DNA from: Pelagomonas calceolata
Taxonomy: Eukaryota
DNA: 64,000 nt
Assembly (NCBI GenBank): GCA_918797485.1
Contig: CAKKNE010000005.1
Location: forward strand, 2,356,001 to 2,420,000
Reading direction: 5' to 3'
Part shown: positions 53,369-61,920 of the stretch, in pieces
Layout of the letters: each line of letters begins with the position of its first letter
How positions within the stretch are numbered: position 1 is the first letter of the stretch
Program-made: the position numbers and the translations under genes
Notes under the pieces: model-generated
Databases searched by the model: none
What the model was told of the DNA's origin: nothing
What the model saw: the letters and a program-made list of their open reading frames with translations, nothing else

Positions 53369-54838
53369 ATGGCCACGCAGACCATCTTAGCAGAGCAGCT
53401 CAGTAAAGCGCCGCCCTCGGACCCGGTTGGGATGTACTATACGGGCAGCGAGTGGCTCCCCGGCCCGCCGCCCGCCAAAGTAACGCCCACCTCCGTGCCC
53501 GTGAAGCTCTGGCCCACGGCCGCGGCGCCGCCGCCGCGGCACCCGCGCGCGGCGCGGCGCGTCGTCTTCCGCAGCCAGTGCGCGCGCCTCGACTGGCGCG
53601 CGAAGTGGGCCGCCTCGACCAAGGCCGCGCCCTCGCTGCAGATCCAGAGCCCGAAGGCCTACGTCGAGCCCGCGAAGGACGATCTAGAAGAGAAGCTGCG
53701 CCGCGAGGCCGCCGAGGAGCTGCCGGCCGGCGCCGAGGAGGTCGTGATCGACGGCGCGCCCTACGTCCAGTACGGCGCCGACCTCGGCGGCCGCAAGCTC
53801 GAGGCCGGCCCGCTCCGGGGCAAGGTGGTCAGCGCCATCGACGTGCCGCCGCTCGCGCGCGTCGCCCGGGCGCCGGACGTCATGCCGCTCTACGACGTCG
53901 AGGGGAACCTCAAGTTACCTGGAGATGCGCCGCTCGGCGTGGCCTACGACGCGGAAGGCTTACCGGTCCCGGACTGGGACGTCGTCGAGGAGTGCGATGG
54001 CCAAGGCCGGGCGTTCATCGACGGTCGCGGCCAGCGCCATGCGAAGGTCGAGGTCCGCGGTTCCTTAGAAGATGCGGTGTTGTTAGATACGAAGCGGGCG
54101 TTCCCGGTCTGGGGCAAGCGCTTTGGTTTAGTGACACGGAAGCGCGTCGGCCGCGTCGGCACCCTTAAAGTCGACGAGGCCAAGGAGTGCTTAGAAAAGG
54201 AGTCCTTCGGCTTCCGCATGGCCGAAGCCGTCAACGTGCCTCCGTTAATTGAACTGCGCTACGGCGAGGTCCACAACGAGTGCTCTTCCGTCACGATCGT
54301 CGCGGGCCTGTCCGAGTTGCATTTATCACACAAAGAAAACATACAAGACGTGCACTACATGCTCATGGGTCTAGGATATGTCTCCTATACGCCCGTCGAT
54401 CAAGATCAGACCGGAGAGGAGGTCCCGCGGTTCTGGGGCGAGGGTATTTCTACCTCACCGTCTAAGCATTACGCCGGCGACGGCGGCGCCGTCTCCATCA
54501 AACAGCAGGGCCCGACCTACTACACGTGGCACTACCGCCTGCCGCCCTTCGTCGAGGGTTTAGCTCTGGAAGGTGAGGCCGGCGACCCGCGCGGCGGCCC
54601 CGAGGCGCTACTTAGAGCTGCTCGTCTGAAAAAGCTCGAGCTCCAACAGGAGCAATTACACGAAGAACGCGCGACGGCGCTGCGGGCGCGCGTCGCCGAG
54701 GCGGCCCAACAGCCCTGGTACCGGGACTACTTCCCGGACGGCGAGGTCGACCCGACGACGGGCGAGGTCGTCAACGCGCCGGGGACGCTGCCCGGCGAGG
54801 TCGCGATCGCGCCGTGCGACGCCGACGACAAGGAGTAG
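53369..54838 (+). CDS. Hypothetical protein
   Basis: 489-aa ORF with coding-like codon usage; no motif recognised. Confidence 0.7.
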   Translation: MATQTILAEQLSKAPPSDPVGMYYTGSEWLPGPPPAKVTPTSVPVKLWPTAAAPPPRHPRAARRVVFRSQCARLDWRAKWAASTKAAPSLQIQSPKAYVEPAKDDLEEKLRREAAEELPAGAEEVVIDGAPYVQYGADLGGRKLEAGPLRGKVVSAIDVPPLARVARAPDVMPLYDVEGNLKLPGDAPLGVAYDAEGLPVPDWDVVEECDGQGRAFIDGRGQRHAKVEVRGSLEDAVLLDTKRAFPVWGKRFGLVTRKRVGRVGTLKVDEAKECLEKESFGFRMAEAVNVPPLIELRYGEVHNECSSVTIVAGLSELHLSHKENIQDVHYMLMGLGYVSYTPVDQDQTGEEVPRFWGEGISTSPSKHYAGDGGAVSIKQQGPTYYTWHYRLPPFVEGLALEGEAGDPRGGPEALLRAARLKKLELQQEQLHEERATALRARVAEAAQQPWYRDYFPDGEVDPTTGEVVNAPGTLPGEVAIAPCDADDKE

Positions 54839-54874
54839 ACGAACCCCCTCCCCCTCCCTTCCCCCCTAAGTGTA

Positions 54875-55447
54875 TTACTTCTGCCCCGCGGGGAGGAGCG
54901 TGTTCTTCTTCGCGAGTTCTGGGACCAATTGCTTGGCCAGGCCCGTCGTCGGCCACAGGTTGGCCAAGCACCACGACAACGTGAACGTGGGAATGATGTC
55001 CGTGAAGGGTAATAACTCCTCCGCAAACCCAAAAGCCGCGATCGCGTTCGAGGCAAATAATGCTTTGAGGAGCCCCGCCTCGACGGGCGCATACACCACA
55101 TCCGTCAATTCACCGAGCCCCGGTATCAATTCGGAAGCGTCACCCGCGAGGTCGAGAAGTAAACACCCGACGAGCTTGGCCCAGCCTTCCGCCGTCACGT
55201 CGGCGGGCTCCGGTTTGAGGCCGGAAGCGACGCGTCGCCCGAATTCGTCCATGACCGGTTTTTCTACTCTTCGTCGCACCTCGTTGATGGCGATTTTCGT
55301 GGCTATTGCGAGGCCGACGCCCTCGAGGAACGTGTGGTCCCCCGAGAGGACGTCTAATGATCTTGCCGTGGGTGGCCTCGTCTGTTTCGTCGGTGCGAGG
55401 AAACCGGTTGCACATTGTGCGAGCAGCAGGCCCGCGGTGAGTCTCAT
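54875..55447 (-). CDS. Plastid-targeted small membrane protein
   Basis: Signal peptide plus ATGFLAP motif; IPGLGELTDVVYAP and EELLPFTDIIPTFT motifs. Confidence 0.7.
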   Translation of the reverse strand: MRLTAGLLLAQCATGFLAPTKQTRPPTARSLDVLSGDHTFLEGVGLAIATKIAINEVRRRVEKPVMDEFGRRVASGLKPEPADVTAEGWAKLVGCLLLDLAGDASELIPGLGELTDVVYAPVEAGLLKALFASNAIAAFGFAEELLPFTDIIPTFTLSWCLANLWPTTGLAKQLVPELAKKNTLLPAGQK

Positions 55448-55870
55448 CTTGGCTGTGGATGCAGCCAAATATGGCTGAGCGATGCGGTTATTGCAACGAA
55501 TCAGTCCCAACGCAGCACAGGTTCAAAAAATATACTGCTGCGCCAGTCAATAGCAACGCTTAACGATTTATGCGGTCACACGAGTTGATTTGCGGAGGCT
55601 ACGCCATTGCCTATCCCAAGCACGCGGCTCTAGCCATGGCACCGCAGCACGCCCGTGACAAGTCGAAGAACGCTCGAATGATGTCCTGGAGGAACCCTCC
55701 GCTGCTGGGACTGCGTGCGGGTTGCTTGCAGGCTGTGCCAACATTTCAGGACCGATTGCGAGCGCACTGGCAACGTTCAGGCAGCGCAGGCTCGATCACA
55801 GCAGTGCGGCACAGTGCACCTCCCGCTTCAAAGCGGAAAATTGATCGCTGGCGTGCCCAAGAGCTCAAAA

Positions 55871-57586
55871 ATGCAAGCCACCCTAGTTGCAGCCCTGCTG
55901 GCACAAGCCACCGCAGCCGTGCATCCGCAAAGATCGTTGCCACGCGTCGGTTGCACGACCGCGGTGACGCCCGCCGCCGTGCAATCGCGCCGATCGCTGC
56001 TGCGCATCGGCTGCACGACCACAGTAACGCCGTTCGCATCGGCAGCGGCGTGCAAGGGCGACGAATGCCTCATGCAGAAGCGGCGCACCTTCGAGCGCGC
56101 CGGGCGGACGCTCGTCGTCGACCAGGAGTTCAGCACCGCGAAGCAGCGGAGCACCGGCGCGGGCGTCTGGGAATGCGGTGAGCTTTTGTCAGCAAAGCTC
56201 GCGGCGGAGCCCGGTCTCTGCAAGGGCAAGACGGTGCTCGAGCTCGGTGCAGGATGTGGCTTGGTGGCGATGACGGCTGCTCTATGCGGCGCGACGCGCG
56301 TCGTCGCCTCGGACGGCGACGAGGGGTCGTGCGCCCATCTCGAGGACATTCTAGCCACGAACGGTCTACGAGAAACGGTGGCGGTGCCGCCGCCCCTGCG
56401 CTGGGAGGCGGCCTCGGCCGCGAGCGCCAAGGCCCTCGGTTCGTTTGATGTGGTGCTCGGCGCCGACGTCACCTACAATCCTGCGAACGCCGACGCTCTC
56501 GCGAACGCTTTAGTGGCCCACGCGTCGCCTTCGACGAAGATCCTCCTCGCGCATAAACGGAGGCAGCCCGCCGACGACGCTACGATAAAACGGCTGGGCG
56601 AGTTCTTTTCGATCACCACGCTGGCGACGGGCGGGAGCACGGCCGAGCCCGTCAGCACCTTGGAATTGAGGAAGACGACGGCGCGTCTTGATTTAGATCT
56701 GGCCGGCGCGTCGGCGGCGAACTGCGCGGACGGCTACGTCCGGCGGAACGGCGCGTGCTGGCTCGCGCGGCGGTCTTTGGGTGGGCTGGTCGCGGCGCTG
56801 CCGGCGGTCGCCGTCGCGTCCGTGCCGAACGGCGTGGCATCTCGTTTTGAGTCCGACGCCTTGGTCCAGCCGGCCGTGGACCAGGGCCGGTCCGAGTTCT
56901 CCGGCGTGGCCAATTTGTATTATCCGGACTGGATGGCGGGCACGTGGGACGTGGAACAAACTTTGAAACGGGCGGAGGCGCCGCTCGGTCTGAAATTCAT
57001 CGGCGGGCCGCGCGGAGACCTCGCGATCGCCCAGAAGAGCCTCGACGAGCAGCGGTCGCGCATCGGCCAGCCACAGAAGCTCAAATTACGGTTCGTCCGG
57101 ACGAAGTTCGGCGTTGTGGAGGACCGCTTGTACAATACTCGGTCGCGGCTGGACGCGTTCGCCGGGAAGGCCGTGGTCTCGTCGGTCGAATACGCGGAAA
57201 CGGGCGGCAACAATCGCAGGGGCAACGTCGTCCTCGGCGGCTCGGCCGACGATCCACTGATCACCACCGTGACCTACTACAAGGGGCCTGCAGCTCAAAA
57301 AGTGTTCTCGGTCGCGCGGACGACGGAGGCGTCTGACGACCTGTGGCGCGGCAGCGAGGCGACCCGAAGTATTTTCGCGTTAACGAACACCAACGCCGCC
57401 CCACCCATCACGACGGACTCGGAGATCCTCACGGAGCTCCGGAGGACGACCGGAGACGCGGTCGTCGGTCGCTTGCGCCTCGTAGACTATATGAACCCGC
57501 AAGACCCGCTCTACTTCGACGCGCGGCGGAAGGCCGTGTCGATAGCTGATTACGACGTACGTATGACTAAGTGTGATAATGTTTAA
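55871..57586 (+). CDS. METTL21-type lysine methyltransferase fused to a DUF6816-like domain
   Basis: TGAGVW, VLELGAGCGLV, VVLGADVTY; second domain LYYPDWMAGTWDV...LRFV...DRLYN. Confidence 0.75.
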   Translation: MQATLVAALLAQATAAVHPQRSLPRVGCTTAVTPAAVQSRRSLLRIGCTTTVTPFASAAACKGDECLMQKRRTFERAGRTLVVDQEFSTAKQRSTGAGVWECGELLSAKLAAEPGLCKGKTVLELGAGCGLVAMTAALCGATRVVASDGDEGSCAHLEDILATNGLRETVAVPPPLRWEAASAASAKALGSFDVVLGADVTYNPANADALANALVAHASPSTKILLAHKRRQPADDATIKRLGEFFSITTLATGGSTAEPVSTLELRKTTARLDLDLAGASAANCADGYVRRNGACWLARRSLGGLVAALPAVAVASVPNGVASRFESDALVQPAVDQGRSEFSGVANLYYPDWMAGTWDVEQTLKRAEAPLGLKFIGGPRGDLAIAQKSLDEQRSRIGQPQKLKLRFVRTKFGVVEDRLYNTRSRLDAFAGKAVVSSVEYAETGGNNRRGNVVLGGSADDPLITTVTYYKGPAAQKVFSVARTTEASDDLWRGSEATRSIFALTNTNAAPPITTDSEILTELRRTTGDAVVGRLRLVDYMNPQDPLYFDARRKAVSIADYDVRMTKCDNV

Positions 57587-57593
57587 CAACAGA

Positions 57594-58532
57594 TTACTTC
57601 TCATCCTCCTTCTCCCGCCTTCTCCGCCGCACGTTCGCCGACACGTCGTAGACCACGTCCGTCGCCGCCGCGCCGCGCGCCGCCACGAACAGATAATCCG
57701 AGAGCCGGTTCAGGAACTTGGCCACCGCCGCCACGCGCGCGGCGTCGTCCGCCAACTGCTCCTTCCTCAATTCCTCGGCCCGCCGCCAGACGTGGCGCTC
57801 GGCCCTTCTACAGACCACGCGCGCGTCGTGCAACGCAAGACAAGCTAAAGGACCCGTGGCCACGACAAAATTCTTGAGGGGCGGCAGCGCCGCGTCCAGG
57901 GCGTCGACCTCCTCCTCGAGGGCCGCGATCTCGGCATCATCAAACGCGTCCCGCGCCGCGCTCGCGTACGCGCCGTCGCCGCTCCGGTCCACGACTGTTA
58001 AAGTCGCGCCGGCATCCAACAACAGCGCCTGCGTTTTTAGGAGACGCGACCGCACATCCACACCGCCCTCTTCAACAGTCGTGTGGAAGGCCGCGATACC
58101 CAATTTGACGCCCAACTCATCGACGTCGCCGACGGCCTCGTAGACCGTGGCGAACTTTGGGGTCTCCGCGTCTCGCGACCCGACCAACCGCGCGCGGCCG
58201 CCGTCGCCCTTGCGCGTGTAGACGCGCGACGCTCTCGTCGGCTTCTCGGTGGCAAAGGCGCGGACATTGTCCGTCGTCTTCTCTGTGGAGAAGCCGCGGA
58301 CGTTGCGCCAGCCGTAGCAGCAGTGCCGGCACATCCTACCGCAGCAGCCGCCGCGCGCTCGATGGGCCAGCTCCGTGAAGACCGTGTAGCCCGTGGTCGG
58401 GTCGTCGTAGGTCTGGAGGCCTCGTGCCACGGCGGCGGCGTGGGCTTCGACCGCGGCCGGCGGGATGTCCGGTCTCGCTATTCGTGTGGTGCGCGCTGCT
58501 GTCCTCGCTAGTCGGGCAGCGCGGGCGGCCAT
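57594..58532 (-). CDS. DUF5522 Cys-rich domain fused to PduO-type ATP:cob(I)alamin adenosyltransferase (MMAB-like)
   Basis: YDDPTTGYTVFT...CCGRMCRHCCYG; VYTRKGDGG, GDVDEL, RVVCRRAER, FLNRLSDYLFVAAR. Confidence 0.88.
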   Translation of the reverse strand: MAARAARLARTAARTTRIARPDIPPAAVEAHAAAVARGLQTYDDPTTGYTVFTELAHRARGGCCGRMCRHCCYGWRNVRGFSTEKTTDNVRAFATEKPTRASRVYTRKGDGGRARLVGSRDAETPKFATVYEAVGDVDELGVKLGIAAFHTTVEEGGVDVRSRLLKTQALLLDAGATLTVVDRSGDGAYASAARDAFDDAEIAALEEEVDALDAALPPLKNFVVATGPLACLALHDARVVCRRAERHVWRRAEELRKEQLADDAARVAAVAKFLNRLSDYLFVAARGAAATDVVYDVSANVRRRRREKEDEK

Positions 58533-58730
58533 CTGTTACGCCGGCGCGTCGGCGCGTTTGTCGCTGTGACGTAAATTGCCTGAAGTGACAATGCAGCACC
58601 GGAGGCGCCTGGACGCGCGCTTTTTTGGTCTAGAAGTCCCCAACCAATTTTATGGGTAGAGCGGCTGCGCGGCGTCAATTTGTAACCGCAACAGCGCGGA
58701 CAAGCACGCCAACAAATGCATCGATGTTTG

Positions 58731-58750
58731 CTAGTGTCTTACGCCGCTAG
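58731..58750. promoter_or_regulatory. CTAG-box motif copy
   Basis: CTAGTGTCTTACGCCGCTAG. Confidence 0.6.
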
Positions 58751-58758
58751 GTCACGTG

Positions 58759-58837
58759 CCTCGGAGGAGCCCACAGAAGTACCAAAAACTCCCTTAGCCT
58801 CTGGAGCAGCCCAGAGAAGTACCAAAATCTCCCTTAC
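58759..58837. repeat. Imperfect tandem duplication (about 40-bp unit, two copies)
   Basis: GCCCACAGAAGTACCAAAAACTCCCTTA and GCCCAGAGAAGTACCAAAATCTCCCTTA. Confidence 0.85.
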
Positions 58838-58856
58838 GCCAGTCGCCGCGACCAAA

Positions 58857-59714
58857 CTAACGGATCCCCGGCGCCCGCATGCCCCCCGAGATGCCCTGGA
58901 GCGAGTTCTTGAGGGCCTTCGTGTCCGCCCACGCGCTGTGTAGATAATCATCATCATCCGCTTCCGCCAAAGCCTTCAGCTCCTCCTGTCTTTTGAAATA
59001 GTGGGCCATCATCGCCTTGCGCTCGCCCTCGGAGACGCACGGCTCGCGCGCGGGCGCGCCGTGGCCCGGCTTCTGGAGCTTGGCGACGACTTTGGTCTTT
59101 TCATTTTTGCCTACACGATCGCGCACGAGCTCCTCCCGGACAAATTCCTTCCCGGCGCACCACAACTGAGCCGTGGCCGGGTCAAGCAACCCCTGCTGGG
59201 CCTGCGTCCCATCCAAGCCCTCTTCACCCTCCAACGCACTATACACGGGATCGTGCTTCGGCAGGCCCATGGGGAAGGCCATGGTCACGGCTCCTTTCAT
59301 TGTAGTTAGTTTCTCCATCATACCTTCCTTGGTCAACGCTTTCCTCGCTAATGCGCGATCCTTCGAGATGTAGGCCTCGGCGTCCCGACAGACGTCGTTG
59401 AACACGTTCGTCATCTGCTCGCCGATGCCATTGCCCGTCCTGCTACCGCTCGGATCCTCCTTATAGTTATCAGCCTTCTCGACGAACGTACCACCGTTCA
59501 ACTGTTGGATGTGGTCGATGCCTTCTTCCCCATGTGGTTTACTCGGACCATGTTCTGCTAATTCAGACATGGCCCCACACAGGTACGCGATGCGGACGCG
59601 CGTGTTGTTTATGTCGACGAGTTCTCTCAGCAAAGTGTCATTGCTTGTATCACCCGTCGTCTCGTACAAGAACTGGTCCTCGCCGCCCTGGAACTTGACG
59701 TGGATGACGACCAT
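58857..59714 (-). CDS. CFAP298: Cilia- and flagella-associated protein 298 (C21orf59/Kurly)
   Basis: MVVIHVK...QFLYET, DPSGSRTG, GAVTMAFPMGLP, LWCAGKE, GKNEKTKVVAKLQK...APAREP. Confidence 0.92.
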   Translation of the reverse strand: MVVIHVKFQGGEDQFLYETTGDTSNDTLLRELVDINNTRVRIAYLCGAMSELAEHGPSKPHGEEGIDHIQQLNGGTFVEKADNYKEDPSGSRTGNGIGEQMTNVFNDVCRDAEAYISKDRALARKALTKEGMMEKLTTMKGAVTMAFPMGLPKHDPVYSALEGEEGLDGTQAQQGLLDPATAQLWCAGKEFVREELVRDRVGKNEKTKVVAKLQKPGHGAPAREPCVSEGERKAMMAHYFKRQEELKALAEADDDDYLHSAWADTKALKNSLQGISGGMRAPGIR

Positions 59715-60135
59715 CTTCTTTGGCTTTGCGGCGCTACGGCTGTTTCACGGCTTTAGCTGGGGCGCGTCGACAGCGTCTACGCGTCGCAAGTCTTGCGCTC
59801 GCTGCTAGATGGCTGTCGACGGCTTCGTGCAGAAATTTTGGGGGCGAGTGGCAGGGTTTGCGGCGTAGCGCCAAAAAGACTTCGATAAATCCGAGCCAGC
59901 TAGCGTATACATACTAGCTGGTACTCTAGGTGTTACGATAGTATCGGCACTATCGGCCCGCGCCAGCCGCCGGACGAATTGGCGACGCGACGCGCGCCAC
60001 TCGTCCTAGCACCGTGCGAGCTTGTAACCACAACCCACGCTCCCGTCGTCGCTCTACGTCGTCGCCACCGACTAGTTCCTCCTGCTCAAATGGAATACTT
60101 ATTGACCTCCGCGAAGGAAGAGAACGACGAACCAA

Positions 60136-60888
60136 CTAGAGGTCCGCCGTCGACGGCTGCGCCGCCGGCGAGAACGCCGCGTCGTCCACATCATACCCCG
60201 CCGCGGCGAACTGCGGCCCCGCGTCGCCGCCGCCGTCGCGCTGCATACTTTCAGGAGACGTCACGGCCACGTAGCCGTTCAGCGCGAGCGTGCAGAGTAA
60301 TATGATGGCCATCACGACGCCAAAAGTGCCCATCGCGAAGAGGAAGAGCACGCCCAGCACGGCCACAAAAGCCTCGCCTCGCAGGGTCGTGACAAAGGGC
60401 ACGACGCTCCTTAAAATGGACAGGGGCGGATCTAATTGTAACTCGACGCACGCTAGAGCTGCCGCAAAAAACGCCGTCTCCAACCCAATAATGACGCTCA
60501 AATACGAGCCTTCTTCACTCATGAAAGCGATGGCGCAGGCCACGCACAAAATGCTCACCAGTAAATTGAGGCCCTTGGCCAAGGCGGGGACGTCCAGCCC
60601 GCCCGTGACGGCGTCCATCCTCAACCCAGGTGAGGGCTGGCTGTAGAAGTTGTCGTCGTAGTTCCGCGACGGGAGCGTTGTACTAGGAGGCGCGTCGGGC
60701 TCGAAGGCCGCGTAGGGGGCGCTTTGGGAGTCCTCCAGCTTTGCGTAGACGCCGAAAGTGGCGCCTCGGCGTCCGCGTGACCCGTGCTTCGAGACGCGCT
60801 GTGGAGGTTGCGGTGTTGCGTACAGCCTAGGATCTGGTATGTCTCCAGCAGCCGAGGAACAGGCGCGCAGACGAAAAGCGGGATACAT
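60136..60888 (-). CDS. COPI-associated/Tvp15-like multi-TM protein (start uncertain)
   Basis: Four hydrophobic helices, PFVTTLRGEAFVAVLGVL. Confidence 0.6.
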   Translation of the reverse strand: MYPAFRLRACSSAAGDIPDPRLYATPQPPQRVSKHGSRGRRGATFGVYAKLEDSQSAPYAAFEPDAPPSTTLPSRNYDDNFYSQPSPGLRMDAVTGGLDVPALAKGLNLLVSILCVACAIAFMSEEGSYLSVIIGLETAFFAAALACVELQLDPPLSILRSVVPFVTTLRGEAFVAVLGVLFLFAMGTFGVVMAIILLCTLALNGYVAVTSPESMQRDGGGDAGPQFAAAGYDVDDAAFSPAAQPSTADL

Positions 60889-60889
60889 G

Positions 60890-60911
60890 CTAGTATGTCT
60901 TGGTGCGCTAG
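60890..60911. promoter_or_regulatory. CTAG-box motif copy
   Basis: CTAGTATGTCTTGGTGCGCTAG. Confidence 0.5.
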
Positions 60912-61020
60912 CTTGGCGTTTTGCAGGGTGCGCTCTGTTGGGGCAGTAGTTGCGCTTTTTTTGTTTGTCTTGCAAGCTGATCGACGTGTTGAAGCGCGGA
61001 GGTAGCGGCGGCAACGAAAA

Positions 61021-61803
61021 ATGGCAGCGATGCGACCAATGCGAGCCGTGCGCATTTTGCTCCTCATCGCAGCATGCGCAGTCGACGGCCTCAAACCTGC
61101 TGCACGCAAGGTCATGCTAATACGCCACGCCGAGAGCGAGCACAACGAGGCGGAACGCAACTGGGACCTGCGAGGGCTTTTACTGAAGCGCGACCACGGC
61201 ATAACGACTGCAGGCTACGCCCAATGCGACGCGCTGCAGGCGTACGTCGCCGAGCAGCGCGCGGACGCGGCGTCGCCTTGGGCCGACGCGAGGCTGGAGC
61301 TCTACGCCTCGCCGCTCACGCGCGCGATCCAAACCGCGTTGATCGCTACTGACGGAATCGACAAACCGCTCGTGCTGCTGCCCGACGCGCGCGAACTGGG
61401 CGCTGGGCCGATCGCCGGGCGCGACTCGTTAGGCGCTGCGGTGGGTGTGTTGGAGATCTTGGACCGCGTGAGCGACGAGTCGGCGCGGCCCCTGGCAATC
61501 GAGCGAGTCGATGCGGCGCGGTGCGAGGCGCGATGGTGGTCGCGGTGGGAGCCGCACGTCCGCGCGCGGCGCCGCGTGGACCGGTTCCTCGGCGAGCTGG
61601 CCGACGGCGGCGACGGGCCGGCGGCCGTGGTCTGCCACTCGCTCCTGATCCGATCTATTTTAAGGCGGCACTGCCCCGACGACGGGGACCTCGCGCGCGG
61701 ATTGATCCCGAACTGCTCCGTGCTTTCGATTGATGTGGGCCGCGACGGCGACGGCGCGCTCCGGCTCGCGAATCCAGCGCTCGCGTTCAGTCCCACCGAA
61801 TAA
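61021..61803 (+). CDS. Histidine phosphatase (PGM superfamily)
   Basis: LIRHAESEHN, SPLTRAIQTA, VVCHSLLI, NCS. Confidence 0.85.
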   Translation: MAAMRPMRAVRILLLIAACAVDGLKPAARKVMLIRHAESEHNEAERNWDLRGLLLKRDHGITTAGYAQCDALQAYVAEQRADAASPWADARLELYASPLTRAIQTALIATDGIDKPLVLLPDARELGAGPIAGRDSLGAAVGVLEILDRVSDESARPLAIERVDAARCEARWWSRWEPHVRARRRVDRFLGELADGGDGPAAVVCHSLLIRSILRRHCPDDGDLARGLIPNCSVLSIDVGRDGDGALRLANPALAFSPTE

Positions 61804-61832
61804 TAACAAGTTTTAATCATTTCAGTGCGCAG

Positions 61833-61920
61833 CCGTGTGGAAATCAACCAGTGCGCCGGGTACGCCATCGAGCAGGCGTCGCGTCGATGGCGTTGAGGTC
61901 CACGCGACGATTCAAATCAG
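61833..61920 (+). mobile_element. Introner-family remnant in the convergent 3' region
   Basis: One TIR CCGTGTGGAAATC plus core GCAGGCGTCGCGTCGATGGCGT; right TIR decayed. Confidence 0.75.
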
